Below, in pieces: positions 48,587 to 57,797 of a DNA stretch of 64,000 nucleotides (positions are counted from its first letter, which is position 1; every line of letters begins with the position of its first letter). The DNA is from Treponema sp. (GTDB lineage Bacteria; Spirochaetota; Spirochaetia; Treponematales; Breznakiellaceae). A program made the position numbers and the translations under genes. The stretch lies in contig JAISMC010000051.1 in assembly GCA_031276965.1 (NCBI GenBank), positions 2,427-66,426 on the forward strand, read 5' to 3'. The notes beneath the pieces are model-generated. The model was not told where the DNA came from, searched no databases, and was given only the letters and a program-made list of their open reading frames with translations.

Positions 48587-48811
48587 TTACGCTTTTGTAA
48601 ACAGCAGAATGGCAATAACAAAACCGTAAATGGCCGTTGCTTCCGCCAGGGCTATGCCCAGGAAAAATACGGTCATAATCTTGCCGGATGCCTCGGGCTG
48701 CCGGGATATGGCCTGGGAAGCGCCGTTGGTGGCGATGCCGATGCCGATGCCGGCCCCTACTCCGGCAAATACCGCAATTCCCGCGCCGATAAGAAATAAT
48801 AGATTAGTCAT
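48587..48811 (-). CDS. atpE: F0F1 ATP synthase subunit c
   Basis: 74-aa hairpin with an RQPE loop and carboxylate in LAEATAIY. ATG 48811 is preceded by AAGGAG. Confidence 0.9.
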   Translation of the reverse strand: MTNLLFLIGAGIAVFAGVGAGIGIGIATNGASQAISRQPEASGKIMTVFFLGIALAEATAIYGFVIAILLFTKA

Positions 48812-48864
48812 ATTGCACTCCTTATTGAATTCTATATGTTCTATGAAACCCGCCGCTCCGCATC

Positions 48865-49683
48865 TCACCCAGTCTCTACCGCTTCCGCCACGAAGAGGGT
48901 TGTCAAAAAGGTAAAGACCACCGCCTGAATTAGGCCGTCAAAAAAATCAAAATAACGCGACAACGCCGCGGGAATAATCAGCGGTACCGGCAGAGCCTTC
49001 TCTATTAAAAGCATGATGATAAACCCCCCCAGAATATTGCCAAAGAGCCGGAGACACAGGGACAGGGGCCGGATAATGTATTCCAAAAGATTGAAGGGCA
49101 GCATCAGGGGTACCGGCTGGAGAAGCTGCCTGCCCCAGCCCTTAAAGCCCCGGGCCCGAAGCCCCCCAATCAGAACCAGCAGGATGGAGACAAGCGCCAG
49201 GGCGGCGGTAAAATTTATATCCCTGGCGGGGGGCTTAATCACAAAGGGCGGCTCAATGCCGAAAACCGGTATGGACAGGGGGGAAAGGGCGGGGATGATA
49301 TTGGCCAGAAGCAGAAATAAAAAAACCGTTCCGATATAGGGACCGTAGATCCCCGCCCGCCGGCCAAAGCGCTCCCTGGTAAAGTTATTGAGAAATTCGA
49401 TCCCCGCCTCCAGAAATATCTGAGCGCCCCGGGGAACCTCCTTTAACCTGCGGGTCAGCAGTATGGAGGCGATGATCAGCGCCGCCATGGCGATCCAGGA
49501 GATTATCACCGTTTCGTTGATGTCTATGGAATGTAATTTCTGGCCGAAGATGGTTATGGACTTATCCGCCGGAAAAGGGATGGAGAAAATTACCCTAAAT
49601 TCTTCCAGAGCTTCCTTAATTTCCATAATGCGGGCTTCCGCTCCTTCCTTTGTTTCCGGTGATGCCGCTCCGCAACGCTTCAA
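48865..49683 (-). CDS. atpB: F0F1 ATP synthase subunit a (start TTG 49683 or ATG 49626)
   Basis: Polytopic protein with a conserved Arg region (LSLCLRLFGNILGG). Confidence 0.9.
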   Translation of the reverse strand: MKRCGAASPETKEGAEARIMEIKEALEEFRVIFSIPFPADKSITIFGQKLHSIDINETVIISWIAMAALIIASILLTRRLKEVPRGAQIFLEAGIEFLNNFTRERFGRRAGIYGPYIGTVFLFLLLANIIPALSPLSIPVFGIEPPFVIKPPARDINFTAALALVSILLVLIGGLRARGFKGWGRQLLQPVPLMLPFNLLEYIIRPLSLCLRLFGNILGGFIIMLLIEKALPVPLIIPAALSRYFDFFDGLIQAVVFTFLTTLFVAEAVETG

Positions 49684-50195
49684 TTTTCCTTAAAGAAGAA
49701 TTCATCCCTGAAATATTTTTTTAATAATGCTTCCGAAACCGCCTCTTTGCGGTTCAGGTTGGTATAGGTCGCTTCAAGGAAACCCTTGGTCAGATAAAAA
49801 CAGCCCAGAAGAAAGAATTCCGATACCTTGGTTACCACCCCCATGGCCTGGTACATCCGCATGGCATTGTCCAGCACAAAATCGGTCATTAAATACTCGA
49901 TAACCACCTGCTGGACCAGGTTAACCGCATAGATAACTTCCGAAACGGGGAATTCACCCTTCATCCGCTCCTTGCCCAGCCGGACAAAAAAGTCTCCCAA
50001 TACGGCCCGGTCCAATCCCCGGTCCAGGGTACGGGCAAGGAGGGGATAAAAACCAGCGTCGGCCTCTATAAGACTTTCGTCATCCAGCGCGTTGTAATGC
50101 TTTAACTGGGGGGCCTTGCGGATAAGGTCCTTCCAGCGGCGGGCAAAATCTTTGGATTTGAGGTTCAACGTATCTATAAGAACCCTGTCAACCAT
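49680..50195 (-). CDS. hypothetical soluble helical protein at the head of the atp operon
   Basis: 171 aa with no TM segments. Its stop TGA overlaps the candidate TTG start of atpB (TTGA). Confidence 0.6.
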   Translation of the reverse strand: MVDRVLIDTLNLKSKDFARRWKDLIRKAPQLKHYNALDDESLIEADAGFYPLLARTLDRGLDRAVLGDFFVRLGKERMKGEFPVSEVIYAVNLVQQVVIEYLMTDFVLDNAMRMYQAMGVVTKVSEFFLLGCFYLTKGFLEATYTNLNRKEAVSEALLKKYFRDEFFFKEN

Positions 50196-50201
50196 AAAAA
50201 A

Positions 50202-50229
50202 AGTATAATCGATAATCGAAAATGATCAA
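50202..50229 (-). promoter_or_regulatory. sigma-70-type promoter, predicted leaderless transcript for 49680..50195/atp operon
   Basis: Minus strand TTGATC-16 nt-TATACT, then TTTTTT, then ATG. There are 6 nt between the -10 and the ATG, and no SD. Confidence 0.5.
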
Positions 50230-50263
50230 TAAGCCGGTGTTAAAAGTCCGGGTTTTACCGTAA

Positions 50264-50291
50264 TTGACACGCCGGAACCGGCGGGTACAAT
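50264..50291 (+). promoter_or_regulatory. sigma-70-type promoter, predicted leaderless transcript for tcdA
   Basis: TTGACA-16 nt-TACAAT, then AGGGCC, then ATG at 50298. There are 6 nt between the -10 and the ATG. Confidence 0.5.
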
Positions 50292-50297
50292 AGGGCC

Positions 50298-51158
50298 ATG
50301 CCCGTTAATCCCATGTTTCAGCGCCTTGCCCTCCTTACGGGGCCCGCCGTTATGGAGGCCCTGTCCGCAGTCCGGGTCATAGTTTTCGGCCTGGGCGGCG
50401 TGGGAAGCTGGTGCGCCGAAGCCCTTGTCCGGTCCGGGGCGGGAAAAATCACCCTGGTCGATTCCGATACGGTCTGCGTTACCAATATCAACCGTCAGAT
50501 CCAGGCCAGTTCCGCCACCGTGGGCCAGTACAAGACCGAAGCCCTAAGGGCGCGGCTTTTGGGGATCAACCCCCGCTGTGAAGCCGCCGCCTTTGGCCGG
50601 GTTTTCTCCAGGGAGACCGCGGATTCCTTCGGTATCGCCGGGACGGATTACTGTATCGATGCCATCGACAGCCTGACCCACAAACTGGACCTCATCGAAT
50701 ACGCCGCCGCCGCCGGAATTCGTCTCTATTCTTCCATGGGCATGGCCCAAAAGCTCGATCCTACCCGGCTGAAAACTGCGGATGTATGGGAAACCCGGGG
50801 CTGTCCACTGGCCCGGCTTGTACGGCAGGGGCTGCGGAAACGGGGCTTCCGGGGACACTTTACGGCGGTATACAGCGACGAGCGGCTTCCCCTGCGGGAG
50901 GATGCGGCGGCGGCCTGCGGTACGGCGGCGTGCCTCTGTCCCCGGAGGGATCCCCGCGGCCCCGAAGAACCCGTGGAGTGGTGCAGCTCCAAAAAGGTGA
51001 TCAACGGCAGCGCCGTTACAGTTACTGCTGCTGCCGGGATGATCCTGGCCAGTCTGGTTATCCGGGATCTGTATACCCGGTACGCCGGGGACGCCGGCGC
51101 AGGATCCGGGGAGGGGCGCTGCCCGGGGGCCGCGGAGAGGGAAGCGGTCTATGGCTGA
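50298..51158 (+). CDS. tcdA: tRNA threonylcarbamoyladenosine dehydratase (ThiF/E1-like, TcdA/CsdL family)
   Basis: GLGGVGSW nucleotide-binding motif and DSDTVCVTNINRQ. Confidence 0.75.
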   Translation: MPVNPMFQRLALLTGPAVMEALSAVRVIVFGLGGVGSWCAEALVRSGAGKITLVDSDTVCVTNINRQIQASSATVGQYKTEALRARLLGINPRCEAAAFGRVFSRETADSFGIAGTDYCIDAIDSLTHKLDLIEYAAAAGIRLYSSMGMAQKLDPTRLKTADVWETRGCPLARLVRQGLRKRGFRGHFTAVYSDERLPLREDAAAACGTAACLCPRRDPRGPEEPVEWCSSKKVINGSAVTVTAAAGMILASLVIRDLYTRYAGDAGAGSGEGRCPGAAEREAVYG

Positions 51159-51912
51159 CCGTTTTTTCCGCAGGGCCGGAGCCGGAACGGTGGTACAGAA
51201 ACTGGCGGCCAAGGCCGTTCTGGAACGGAACCTCATCGACGACAGAGACCGTATCCTTATCGCTGTCTCCGGGGGCAAGGATTCCACCGTCATGGCCTGG
51301 GTCCTCTCGGCGCTCCGGCCGGCGTTAAAAAGGGAGTATCAGCTTTCGGCGCTCCATATTTCCAGCGATTTTTGTTCCTGCTGCAAGAAGTCCGTCCTCG
51401 TCCAAAGACTTGAGGAATGGGGTATCCCCTTTACCGATCTTTTTGTGCCTGTAATTGGCCGCCTTAAAAACGGGAGAAAGATGAACTGCTACTGGTGTTC
51501 CACCCAGCGGAGAACCGGGCTTTTGAAATACGCCGTGGAAAACGGGTTTAACAAGATAGCCCTGGGACATCACCTGGACGACATCATAGAGACCTTCTTT
51601 ATGAATATGACCGGCAAGGGGGAGCTTTCCGCCATGCCTATGTTTCTCAAGTACCGGAAGTATCCGGTAAGCCTTATCCGTCCCCTGGGTTACCTTGAAG
51701 AGCAGCAGGTCGCCGCCTGCGCCGCGGAGCAGGGCATACTCCGGGCGGCCTGTACCTGCCCTTACGGGATCAACTCCGGGCGGCGGGATATGCGGAAACG
51801 GATCGCCGGTCTTACCGGCGGCTCCGGCGCGGTAAAGCGGCGCATCCTCAAGGCTCTTGCCGCGGGGCCGGATCTGCTGACCGGAGAACCGGAACCATGC
51901 TCATCGACATAG
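51151..51912 (+). CDS. ttcA: PP-loop ATPase, TtcA-like tRNA thiolation protein
   Basis: SGGKDS PP-loop and Cys motifs CSCC and CYWCSTQRR. Confidence 0.7.
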   Translation: MADRFFRRAGAGTVVQKLAAKAVLERNLIDDRDRILIAVSGGKDSTVMAWVLSALRPALKREYQLSALHISSDFCSCCKKSVLVQRLEEWGIPFTDLFVPVIGRLKNGRKMNCYWCSTQRRTGLLKYAVENGFNKIALGHHLDDIIETFFMNMTGKGELSAMPMFLKYRKYPVSLIRPLGYLEEQQVAACAAEQGILRAACTCPYGINSGRRDMRKRIAGLTGGSGAVKRRILKALAAGPDLLTGEPEPCSST

Positions 51913-52706
51913 GCGTTAATTTGATGCACCGGTCCTTTAATGCCGACCGGGAGCAGGTGATTGAAGCGGCGGAGGCCGCGGGAGTTTCCCCCCTGATCAT
52001 AACCGGGACCAGCGAGGAATCGAGCCGGGAAGCCCTGGACTATGCCGAAAAATACGCCGCCGGGCGGCCGGGAAAACTCTACGCTACCGCCGGGGTCCAT
52101 CCCCACAATGTCAAAAACTGCGGTCCCGGTACAATCGCCGTTCTTCGTTCCCTGGCGGAACGGGGGGCCGGAACAAGACGGTCCGCAGGGCCTGTCGCGG
52201 TGGGTGAATGCGGCCTGGACTACAACCGGGATTTTTCCCCCCGGCCGGTTCAGCGGAAGTGGTTTGAGGAACAGATAGCCCTGGCGGGGGAGTTGGAACT
52301 GCCCCTCTTCCTCCACGAACGGGACGCCTTTGAAGACTTTGCCGCCATCCTGGAAGGGAACCGCAGGGTAATTTCCAAAATGGCCGTCCATTGTTTTACC
52401 GGTACCGCGGAAGAACTGGAAAAGTATTTAGAACTGGACTGTTACATCGGCATCACCGGCTGGATCTGCGATGAGCGGCGGGGAAGACACATGGGGGAAC
52501 TGGTAAAAAAAATCCCCCCGGACCGGCTTATGATTGAAACCGACGCGCCCTTCCTTATCCCCAGGGACATACCCCGGTCAGGCGGCAGGAATGAGCCGAA
52601 GCGCCTGCCCCATATCGCAGCGGTAACAGCCCGGCATCTGGGAAAAACGCCGGAATTGCTGGCGGAAGAAACATTCGCCAACAGCAGGCGCTTTTTCGGA
52701 ATATAG
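51897..52706 (+). CDS. TatD-family metal-dependent hydrolase
   Basis: MLIDIGVNLMH, GECGLDY and IETDAPFL motifs. Confidence 0.85.
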   Translation: MLIDIGVNLMHRSFNADREQVIEAAEAAGVSPLIITGTSEESSREALDYAEKYAAGRPGKLYATAGVHPHNVKNCGPGTIAVLRSLAERGAGTRRSAGPVAVGECGLDYNRDFSPRPVQRKWFEEQIALAGELELPLFLHERDAFEDFAAILEGNRRVISKMAVHCFTGTAEELEKYLELDCYIGITGWICDERRGRHMGELVKKIPPDRLMIETDAPFLIPRDIPRSGGRNEPKRLPHIAAVTARHLGKTPELLAEETFANSRRFFGI

Positions 52707-52739
52707 CAACAGTATTGGAACCGCTTCCGCCGGACCGGA

Positions 52740-53480
52740 TCATCCCCCCAGATAGGCCTTCTTGACATTCGCATTGGCGCTCAATTCCTCCGAAGTACCC
52801 GAGGCGATAATCTCTCCGGTTTTAAGCACATAGCCGCGGTTTGCGAATTCCAGGGCCACCTTGGCATTCTGTTCCACCACCAGAATGGTTATGTGCTTAA
52901 CAAGATTAAGCTGCCTTAAGGCCCGGAACATTTCATACATCAATTTTGGGGCAAGGCCCATGGAAGGCTCGTCCAGCATAATAAAGCTGCTCCCCGTCAT
53001 AAGGGCCCGGCCAACGGCCAGCATCTGCTGCTCGCCGCCGCTTAAAAGCTCCCCCCGCTGTTTCCGCCGTTCATGGAGCCGGGGAAACAGTTCATAAACC
53101 AGATCCCGGATTTCCCCGGCCGCCGCCGTCCGGTTTGGATCTTTGTGATGGGGAAAGGCGGCAAGCTGCAGATTCTCCTGGACCGTCAGATTCCCAAAGA
53201 TATGCCGCCCCTCGGGGACCAGGGCCAGCATCTTTTTCTGTACCAGCACATGGGGTTCTGTTTTAAGGATGCTCTGCCCCTCGTAGAGAATATCCCCCCC
53301 GGTAACCACCGGCGCTTCCGGCCTGGCCAGCCGGGCAAGGGAAAGGAGGGTTGACGTTTTCCCCGCGCCATTGGCGCCGATAAGGGTAACTATCTCCCCC
53401 TTGTCAATGTTGAAGGAAATGCCGTGGAGGGCTTCGATGTTTCCGTAAGATACCTTCAGGTTCTTTACTTCAAGCAGCAT
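52740..53480 (-). CDS. livF: branched-chain amino acid ABC transporter ATP-binding protein LivF
   Basis: GANGAGKTS and LSGGEQQMLAVGRAL. The start is set at MLLEVKNLKVSYG. The track ORF would overlap livG. Confidence 0.9.
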   Translation of the reverse strand: MLLEVKNLKVSYGNIEALHGISFNIDKGEIVTLIGANGAGKTSTLLSLARLARPEAPVVTGGDILYEGQSILKTEPHVLVQKKMLALVPEGRHIFGNLTVQENLQLAAFPHHKDPNRTAAAGEIRDLVYELFPRLHERRKQRGELLSGGEQQMLAVGRALMTGSSFIMLDEPSMGLAPKLMYEMFRALRQLNLVKHITILVVEQNAKVALEFANRGYVLKTGEIIASGTSEELSANANVKKAYLGG

Positions 53481-53493
53481 GATCGCTCCGTTC

Positions 53494-54264
53494 CTAGATC
53501 GTTCCATCCCCGAGGTAGGCTTTAATAACCTCGGGATTAGCCCTAATCTCATCGGGATTCCCCCGGGCAATTTCCCTTCCAAAATCAATAACCGAAATGT
53601 TCCGGCACAAGGTCATGATCACCTCCATCTGATGTTCAATCATCCAGATGGTCAGTTTGAACTGTTCATGGATCCAGTGGATGTAGTCGATCAACTCGGC
53701 AATATCCGCAGTACTCAAGCCCGCGGCCGGTTCGTCCAGCATAAGCAGATCCGGCTTCAGCGAAAGGGCCCGGGCAATCTCCACCCGGCGCTGAACTCCG
53801 TAGGGAAGATTTTTGGGATACTCACCGGCCAGATCCGAAAGCTTAAAAACCGCCAGCAGTTCCCGGGCAAATTCGGCAATCTCCGCTTCCCGCCGGCGGA
53901 AACGCCGCGTGTTGAAGAAGGCGTCCACGGCGTTGTAGCCAAGCTGGTAATGCTGGGCGATACGGATATTGTCCAGCACGGTCATCTCACTCCAGAGCCG
54001 TATGTTCTGAAAGGTCCGGCCTATCTTCATGGCCGCAATTTCGTGGGGCTTCTTGGCGTTAATCCGCGTCCCGTGGACCAGAATATCCCCCTCGGAGGGG
54101 ATATAGAAACCGCTGACCAGATTAAAGACCGTGGTTTTCCCCGCCCCGTTGGGACCGATAAGACCGGCGATCTCCCCCTTCTCCAGGGTCAGGTTGATAT
54201 TGGTCAGCGCCTGGAGTCCGCCAAAACGGTGGGTCAGGTTTTTAATTTCAAGGTGATACGCCAT
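53494..54264 (-). CDS. livG: branched-chain amino acid ABC transporter ATP-binding protein LivG
   Basis: GPNGAGKTT and the C-terminal BCA_ABC pattern (EVIKAYLG). Confidence 0.9.
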   Translation of the reverse strand: MAYHLEIKNLTHRFGGLQALTNINLTLEKGEIAGLIGPNGAGKTTVFNLVSGFYIPSEGDILVHGTRINAKKPHEIAAMKIGRTFQNIRLWSEMTVLDNIRIAQHYQLGYNAVDAFFNTRRFRRREAEIAEFARELLAVFKLSDLAGEYPKNLPYGVQRRVEIARALSLKPDLLMLDEPAAGLSTADIAELIDYIHWIHEQFKLTIWMIEHQMEVIMTLCRNISVIDFGREIARGNPDEIRANPEVIKAYLGDGTI

Positions 54265-55306
54265 GACCCTTCCCCTTCGCGGAACGAAGCCGCATCAGTT
54301 TGGCAAAAAACTCCGGCAGTTCCCGGTTGCCCATGATCCCCTCGGGGCGGAACTGCATAAGCAGGATCAACAGCAGGGGGATAACCACCCACTTTAAAAT
54401 TTGCAGGGGCCGCATAAATTCCAGCAGGAAGGTGAAAAATACCGCCGACAGCACCGAACCCGAAAGGGAACCCATGCCGCCAAGGTATACCATCACCATT
54501 CCCTCGGTGGACTTCAAGATGTTGAAAGAAGCGGGATTGATAAACCCAAGCTGATGCGCAAAGAGGCCTCCCGCAATTCCCGCAAGACCGGAGGAAAACA
54601 TAAAAGCCAAAAGCTTTATCCGGTTGGTATTGACGCTCATAATTTCCGCGGAGATTTCATCGTAGCGGATAGCCGGGATGCCCTTGCCCAGGACGGAACC
54701 CATGAGCCGCTTAATGACGACCACGCAGAGGGCCACGAAGATCATAATCCAAATCAAGGTCCATGGCAGGGAAATCACGTCGTTCATGGCGAATACCGTA
54801 GACTTCATCCCCATAAGGCCCCGGCTGCCCCCAATCACCTCCAGGTTATTGATGGCGGTGGAGATGATATAGTTCGTTGCGATGGTGATAATCGCCAGAT
54901 AATCGTCCCGGGTCTTGAAAGAAGGAACCGCCACCAGAAGCCCCGCAACTGCCGCGGCAATGCCTCCGGCGATAACTACCGCGGGAAAAAGAAAAATCGC
55001 CGTCTGCGGGGGCAGTAAAGGCTGGCCGGTAAATTTATTTTCCGTAAACAAAATAAGAGAAAACACCGACGAAACATAGGCCCCTACCGCCATAAACCCC
55101 GCATGGCCGCAGGAAAATTCCCCCATATAGCCGTTTACGATGTTGAGGCTTGCGGCAAAGATAATGTTGATGCCGATGGACATTATCACGCTCTGAATGT
55201 ACTGGTTCAAAACCCCTAGGGATGAAAGCGCGGTAATAAGAACCATGACCGCAAGGACTGCGCCGAAAATGAGAGATGCCTGTATCTTTTCCGGTATGCT
55301 CCGCAT
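54248..55306 (-). CDS. livM: branched-chain amino acid ABC transporter permease LivM
   Basis: 352-aa polytopic protein in the LivM position of the operon. Confidence 0.85.
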   Translation of the reverse strand: MRSIPEKIQASLIFGAVLAVMVLITALSSLGVLNQYIQSVIMSIGINIIFAASLNIVNGYMGEFSCGHAGFMAVGAYVSSVFSLILFTENKFTGQPLLPPQTAIFLFPAVVIAGGIAAAVAGLLVAVPSFKTRDDYLAIITIATNYIISTAINNLEVIGGSRGLMGMKSTVFAMNDVISLPWTLIWIMIFVALCVVVIKRLMGSVLGKGIPAIRYDEISAEIMSVNTNRIKLLAFMFSSGLAGIAGGLFAHQLGFINPASFNILKSTEGMVMVYLGGMGSLSGSVLSAVFFTFLLEFMRPLQILKWVVIPLLLILLMQFRPEGIMGNRELPEFFAKLMRLRSAKGKGHGVSP

Positions 55307-55315
55307 TGGCCGCCC

Positions 55316-56224
55316 CTATATTTTAGTGCTCCGGGCTACGCCGAAGAACCCCGTCGGTTTTAAAACTAAAATGATAAGCAGTATAACGAAGGATACCAGA
55401 TCCTTAAAACTTGAAGGGAAGAAGGCGGCGATGAAGATCTCGATAAAACCAAGGATAAAGCCGCCGATAAAGGCCCCGCTTATTTCTCCAATGCCGCCGA
55501 CCACTGCGGCGATAAAGGCCTTCCACCCTATGATCATTCCCATATACGGATCCAGCACCGGATAGGACATGCCGAACAAAATTCCCGCCACCGCCGCAAG
55601 GCTCGATCCCAGGGCAAAGGTAAAGGTGATAACCTGGTTTACCGGAATACCCATGAGGGGAATGGCGAACTTGTCATAGGAAATTGCCCGCATGGACATG
55701 CCGAAGGTAGTTTTTTTAACGATGAACTGCAGAATCCCAAACACCACAAAGGCAGCGGCAATAACCAGTACCTTGAGATTGGTCAGCATCACCGGCCCAA
55801 GCTGCCAGACCTGCTTTTCCAGGATATCGGGAAAACGGCGGGAACTGGCGCCGAGCAGGGCCAGATTCCCGTTTTCAAGAATAAAACCAACCATGAGGGC
55901 GGTGATGACAACGTAGAGCCGGTTCACCCCTTTGCGGCGCAAGGGCCGGTAGGCGACCCGCTCGATGGTAATGCCCACCAGGGAGGTGCCGGCCATGGTC
56001 AGCAGAAGGGTAATGGCAAAAACCGGCCAGCCCCCCGCAAAAACGCCCAGCAGGGCGGTGGTGATAAAAAAGGCAATGTAACACGCGGTCATAAAAATAT
56101 CGCCGTGGGCAAAGTTGATCAAACGGAGTACGCCGTAGACCAGACAGTAACCCAGGGCGATCATCGAGTAGAAGCTGCCCCACTGGAGGGCATTAAAAAT
56201 ATTCTGTAACAGCGTTGCCGCCAT
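55316..56224 (-). CDS. livH: branched-chain amino acid ABC transporter permease LivH
   Basis: 302-aa polytopic protein with INFAHGD. Confidence 0.85.
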   Translation of the reverse strand: MAATLLQNIFNALQWGSFYSMIALGYCLVYGVLRLINFAHGDIFMTACYIAFFITTALLGVFAGGWPVFAITLLLTMAGTSLVGITIERVAYRPLRRKGVNRLYVVITALMVGFILENGNLALLGASSRRFPDILEKQVWQLGPVMLTNLKVLVIAAAFVVFGILQFIVKKTTFGMSMRAISYDKFAIPLMGIPVNQVITFTFALGSSLAAVAGILFGMSYPVLDPYMGMIIGWKAFIAAVVGGIGEISGAFIGGFILGFIEIFIAAFFPSSFKDLVSFVILLIILVLKPTGFFGVARSTKI

Positions 56225-56241
56225 CGCCGGTTCTCCGCCTC

Positions 56242-57408
56242 CTACAGGCTGGTAACGTATTCGAATTCACCCGAATCATTTACCCGCACCACAACCGCCG
56301 GCTTATAGGGATCGCCGTTTTCGTCAAAGGTCATCGTACCGGTAATGCCGGGGAAATCCTGCAGGGCGGCGATGGCATCCCGGACAGCCTGACGGTCCTT
56401 CTGAAGATCGCCGCTGACGCCGGCGTTCTGCACCGCCTGGAGAACTATCCTCGTCGCATCGTAGGAGAGGGCCGCCACATCGTCGGGAATATAACCATAG
56501 GCAGCCTGGTACTGATCGATGAAGGCCTTGGTAGCTCCGGTGGCCCCGGCGGCGGCATAGTGGGTGGTAAAGAAACAGCCCTTAACTGCGCCTTTGCTCA
56601 GGCTCCAGAGATCCGCCGAACCCCAGGAATCGCTGCCGAAGATGGGCTTGTCGCCCCAGCCCAGATCTTTGGCTTGAGGAACGATGAGGGCCACGTGATT
56701 GTAATAATCGGGCAGGTAGAGCATCTCCGCCCCGGAATTGACGATTCTGGTAAGCTGGGTGGAATAATCCTGATCCTTCTGGCCGAAACTTTCAAAGGCC
56801 GTTACCGAATTGCCGGCATCCTTGAGCCAGTTTTCCTGGAAAAATTCCGCAAGGCCCTTTGAATAATCGTCATCGATGTTGTAAAGCACCGCCACTTTCT
56901 TTACGCCGGCATACTGGGTTTTGAGGAAGGCCACCGCCGAAGTCGCCTGCACCGGATCGAGAATACAGGCCCGGAATACATAGGGCCGGTTAAGGGTAAC
57001 CGTAGGATTGGTAGCCCAGGGCGAAACCATGGGGGTACGGTTTTCATTGTTTACCTGACCCGCGGGGTTGGCCCTTCCCGAACCGGCGGGACCGACAACG
57101 GCAAGGACCTGATCCTGCTCGATAAGCCTTAGCGCAGCCAGCACCGCAGATTCCGGCTTGAGCTCGTTATCAACATAGATAAATTCCACGTTGTATTTCT
57201 TGCCCTGTACCTCAAGGCCGCCCGCCGCATCCAGTTCTTTTTTGATAAGCTCCGCGGCAAACTTGGCGCCCTCTCCGATCTTGGGAGAATCGCCGGTTAA
57301 GGGAATATTAAACCCGATCTTGATAGTCCCGGTTTTCTTTGCGCAGCCCGTCGCCAGCAGGGACAGGGCCAAGAGACAAAAAATTCCACCCCAAAATACC
57401 TTTTTCAT
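56242..57408 (-). CDS. branched-chain amino acid ABC transporter substrate-binding lipoprotein (LivJ/K-type)
   Basis: Start set at MKKVFWGGIFCLLALSLLATGC (lipobox). Type I PBP pattern. Confidence 0.85.
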   Translation of the reverse strand: MKKVFWGGIFCLLALSLLATGCAKKTGTIKIGFNIPLTGDSPKIGEGAKFAAELIKKELDAAGGLEVQGKKYNVEFIYVDNELKPESAVLAALRLIEQDQVLAVVGPAGSGRANPAGQVNNENRTPMVSPWATNPTVTLNRPYVFRACILDPVQATSAVAFLKTQYAGVKKVAVLYNIDDDYSKGLAEFFQENWLKDAGNSVTAFESFGQKDQDYSTQLTRIVNSGAEMLYLPDYYNHVALIVPQAKDLGWGDKPIFGSDSWGSADLWSLSKGAVKGCFFTTHYAAAGATGATKAFIDQYQAAYGYIPDDVAALSYDATRIVLQAVQNAGVSGDLQKDRQAVRDAIAALQDFPGITGTMTFDENGDPYKPAVVVRVNDSGEFEYVTSL

Positions 57409-57694
57409 TTGTCCTCCTTTTTTGCGCCCGCGGGCCGGAACACGGCGGTACGGACAGCATTGCTTTACTGTAGATAAAAAAGAAAAAAGGATCAAGTATT
57501 TTTATGCATTTTTATAAGATTTTTTCCTTTGAAAGATTCTAAAAATTGAAATTCGCACAGCTTTTCTTAAACCCCGGAGAAAGCCGCCTTGTCTTAATTG
57601 CTTATAATACAATAAATTAGCGGTTTTCTCCGGGAAAGCGCCGGGAACCCCGCCGGAATTTCAAAAAATTTCCTTCATGTATAATTATACATAT

Positions 57695-57747
57695 TTGAAG
57701 CCGTTTCAAAACCAACCGGCTTTTGAAACAGCCCCATTTGCGAATTA
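57695..57747 (+). repeat. palindromic box family 2 copy R2 joined to a family-1-like TGCGAAT tail
   Basis: TTGAAGCCGTTTCAAAACCAACCGGCTTTTGAAACAGCCCCATTTGCGAATTA. It contains a perfect 9-bp inverted repeat GTTTCAAAA/TTTTGAAAC. Confidence 0.65.
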
Positions 57748-57797
57748 TCCGCCGCGGCGCCCTTGCGGACGGGCATGGGAAGGTTTAATTTAGAAAT

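Noticed and set aside
48587-48811. Possibility that the c subunit specifies a Na+-translocating F-ATPase
   Set aside because: Aligned to the Ilyobacter/Propionigenium Na+ signature (Q32...E65-S66-T67...Y70), this protein has Ile at the Gln position and Ala at the Ser position (LAEATAIY). An H+-type enzyme is more likely.
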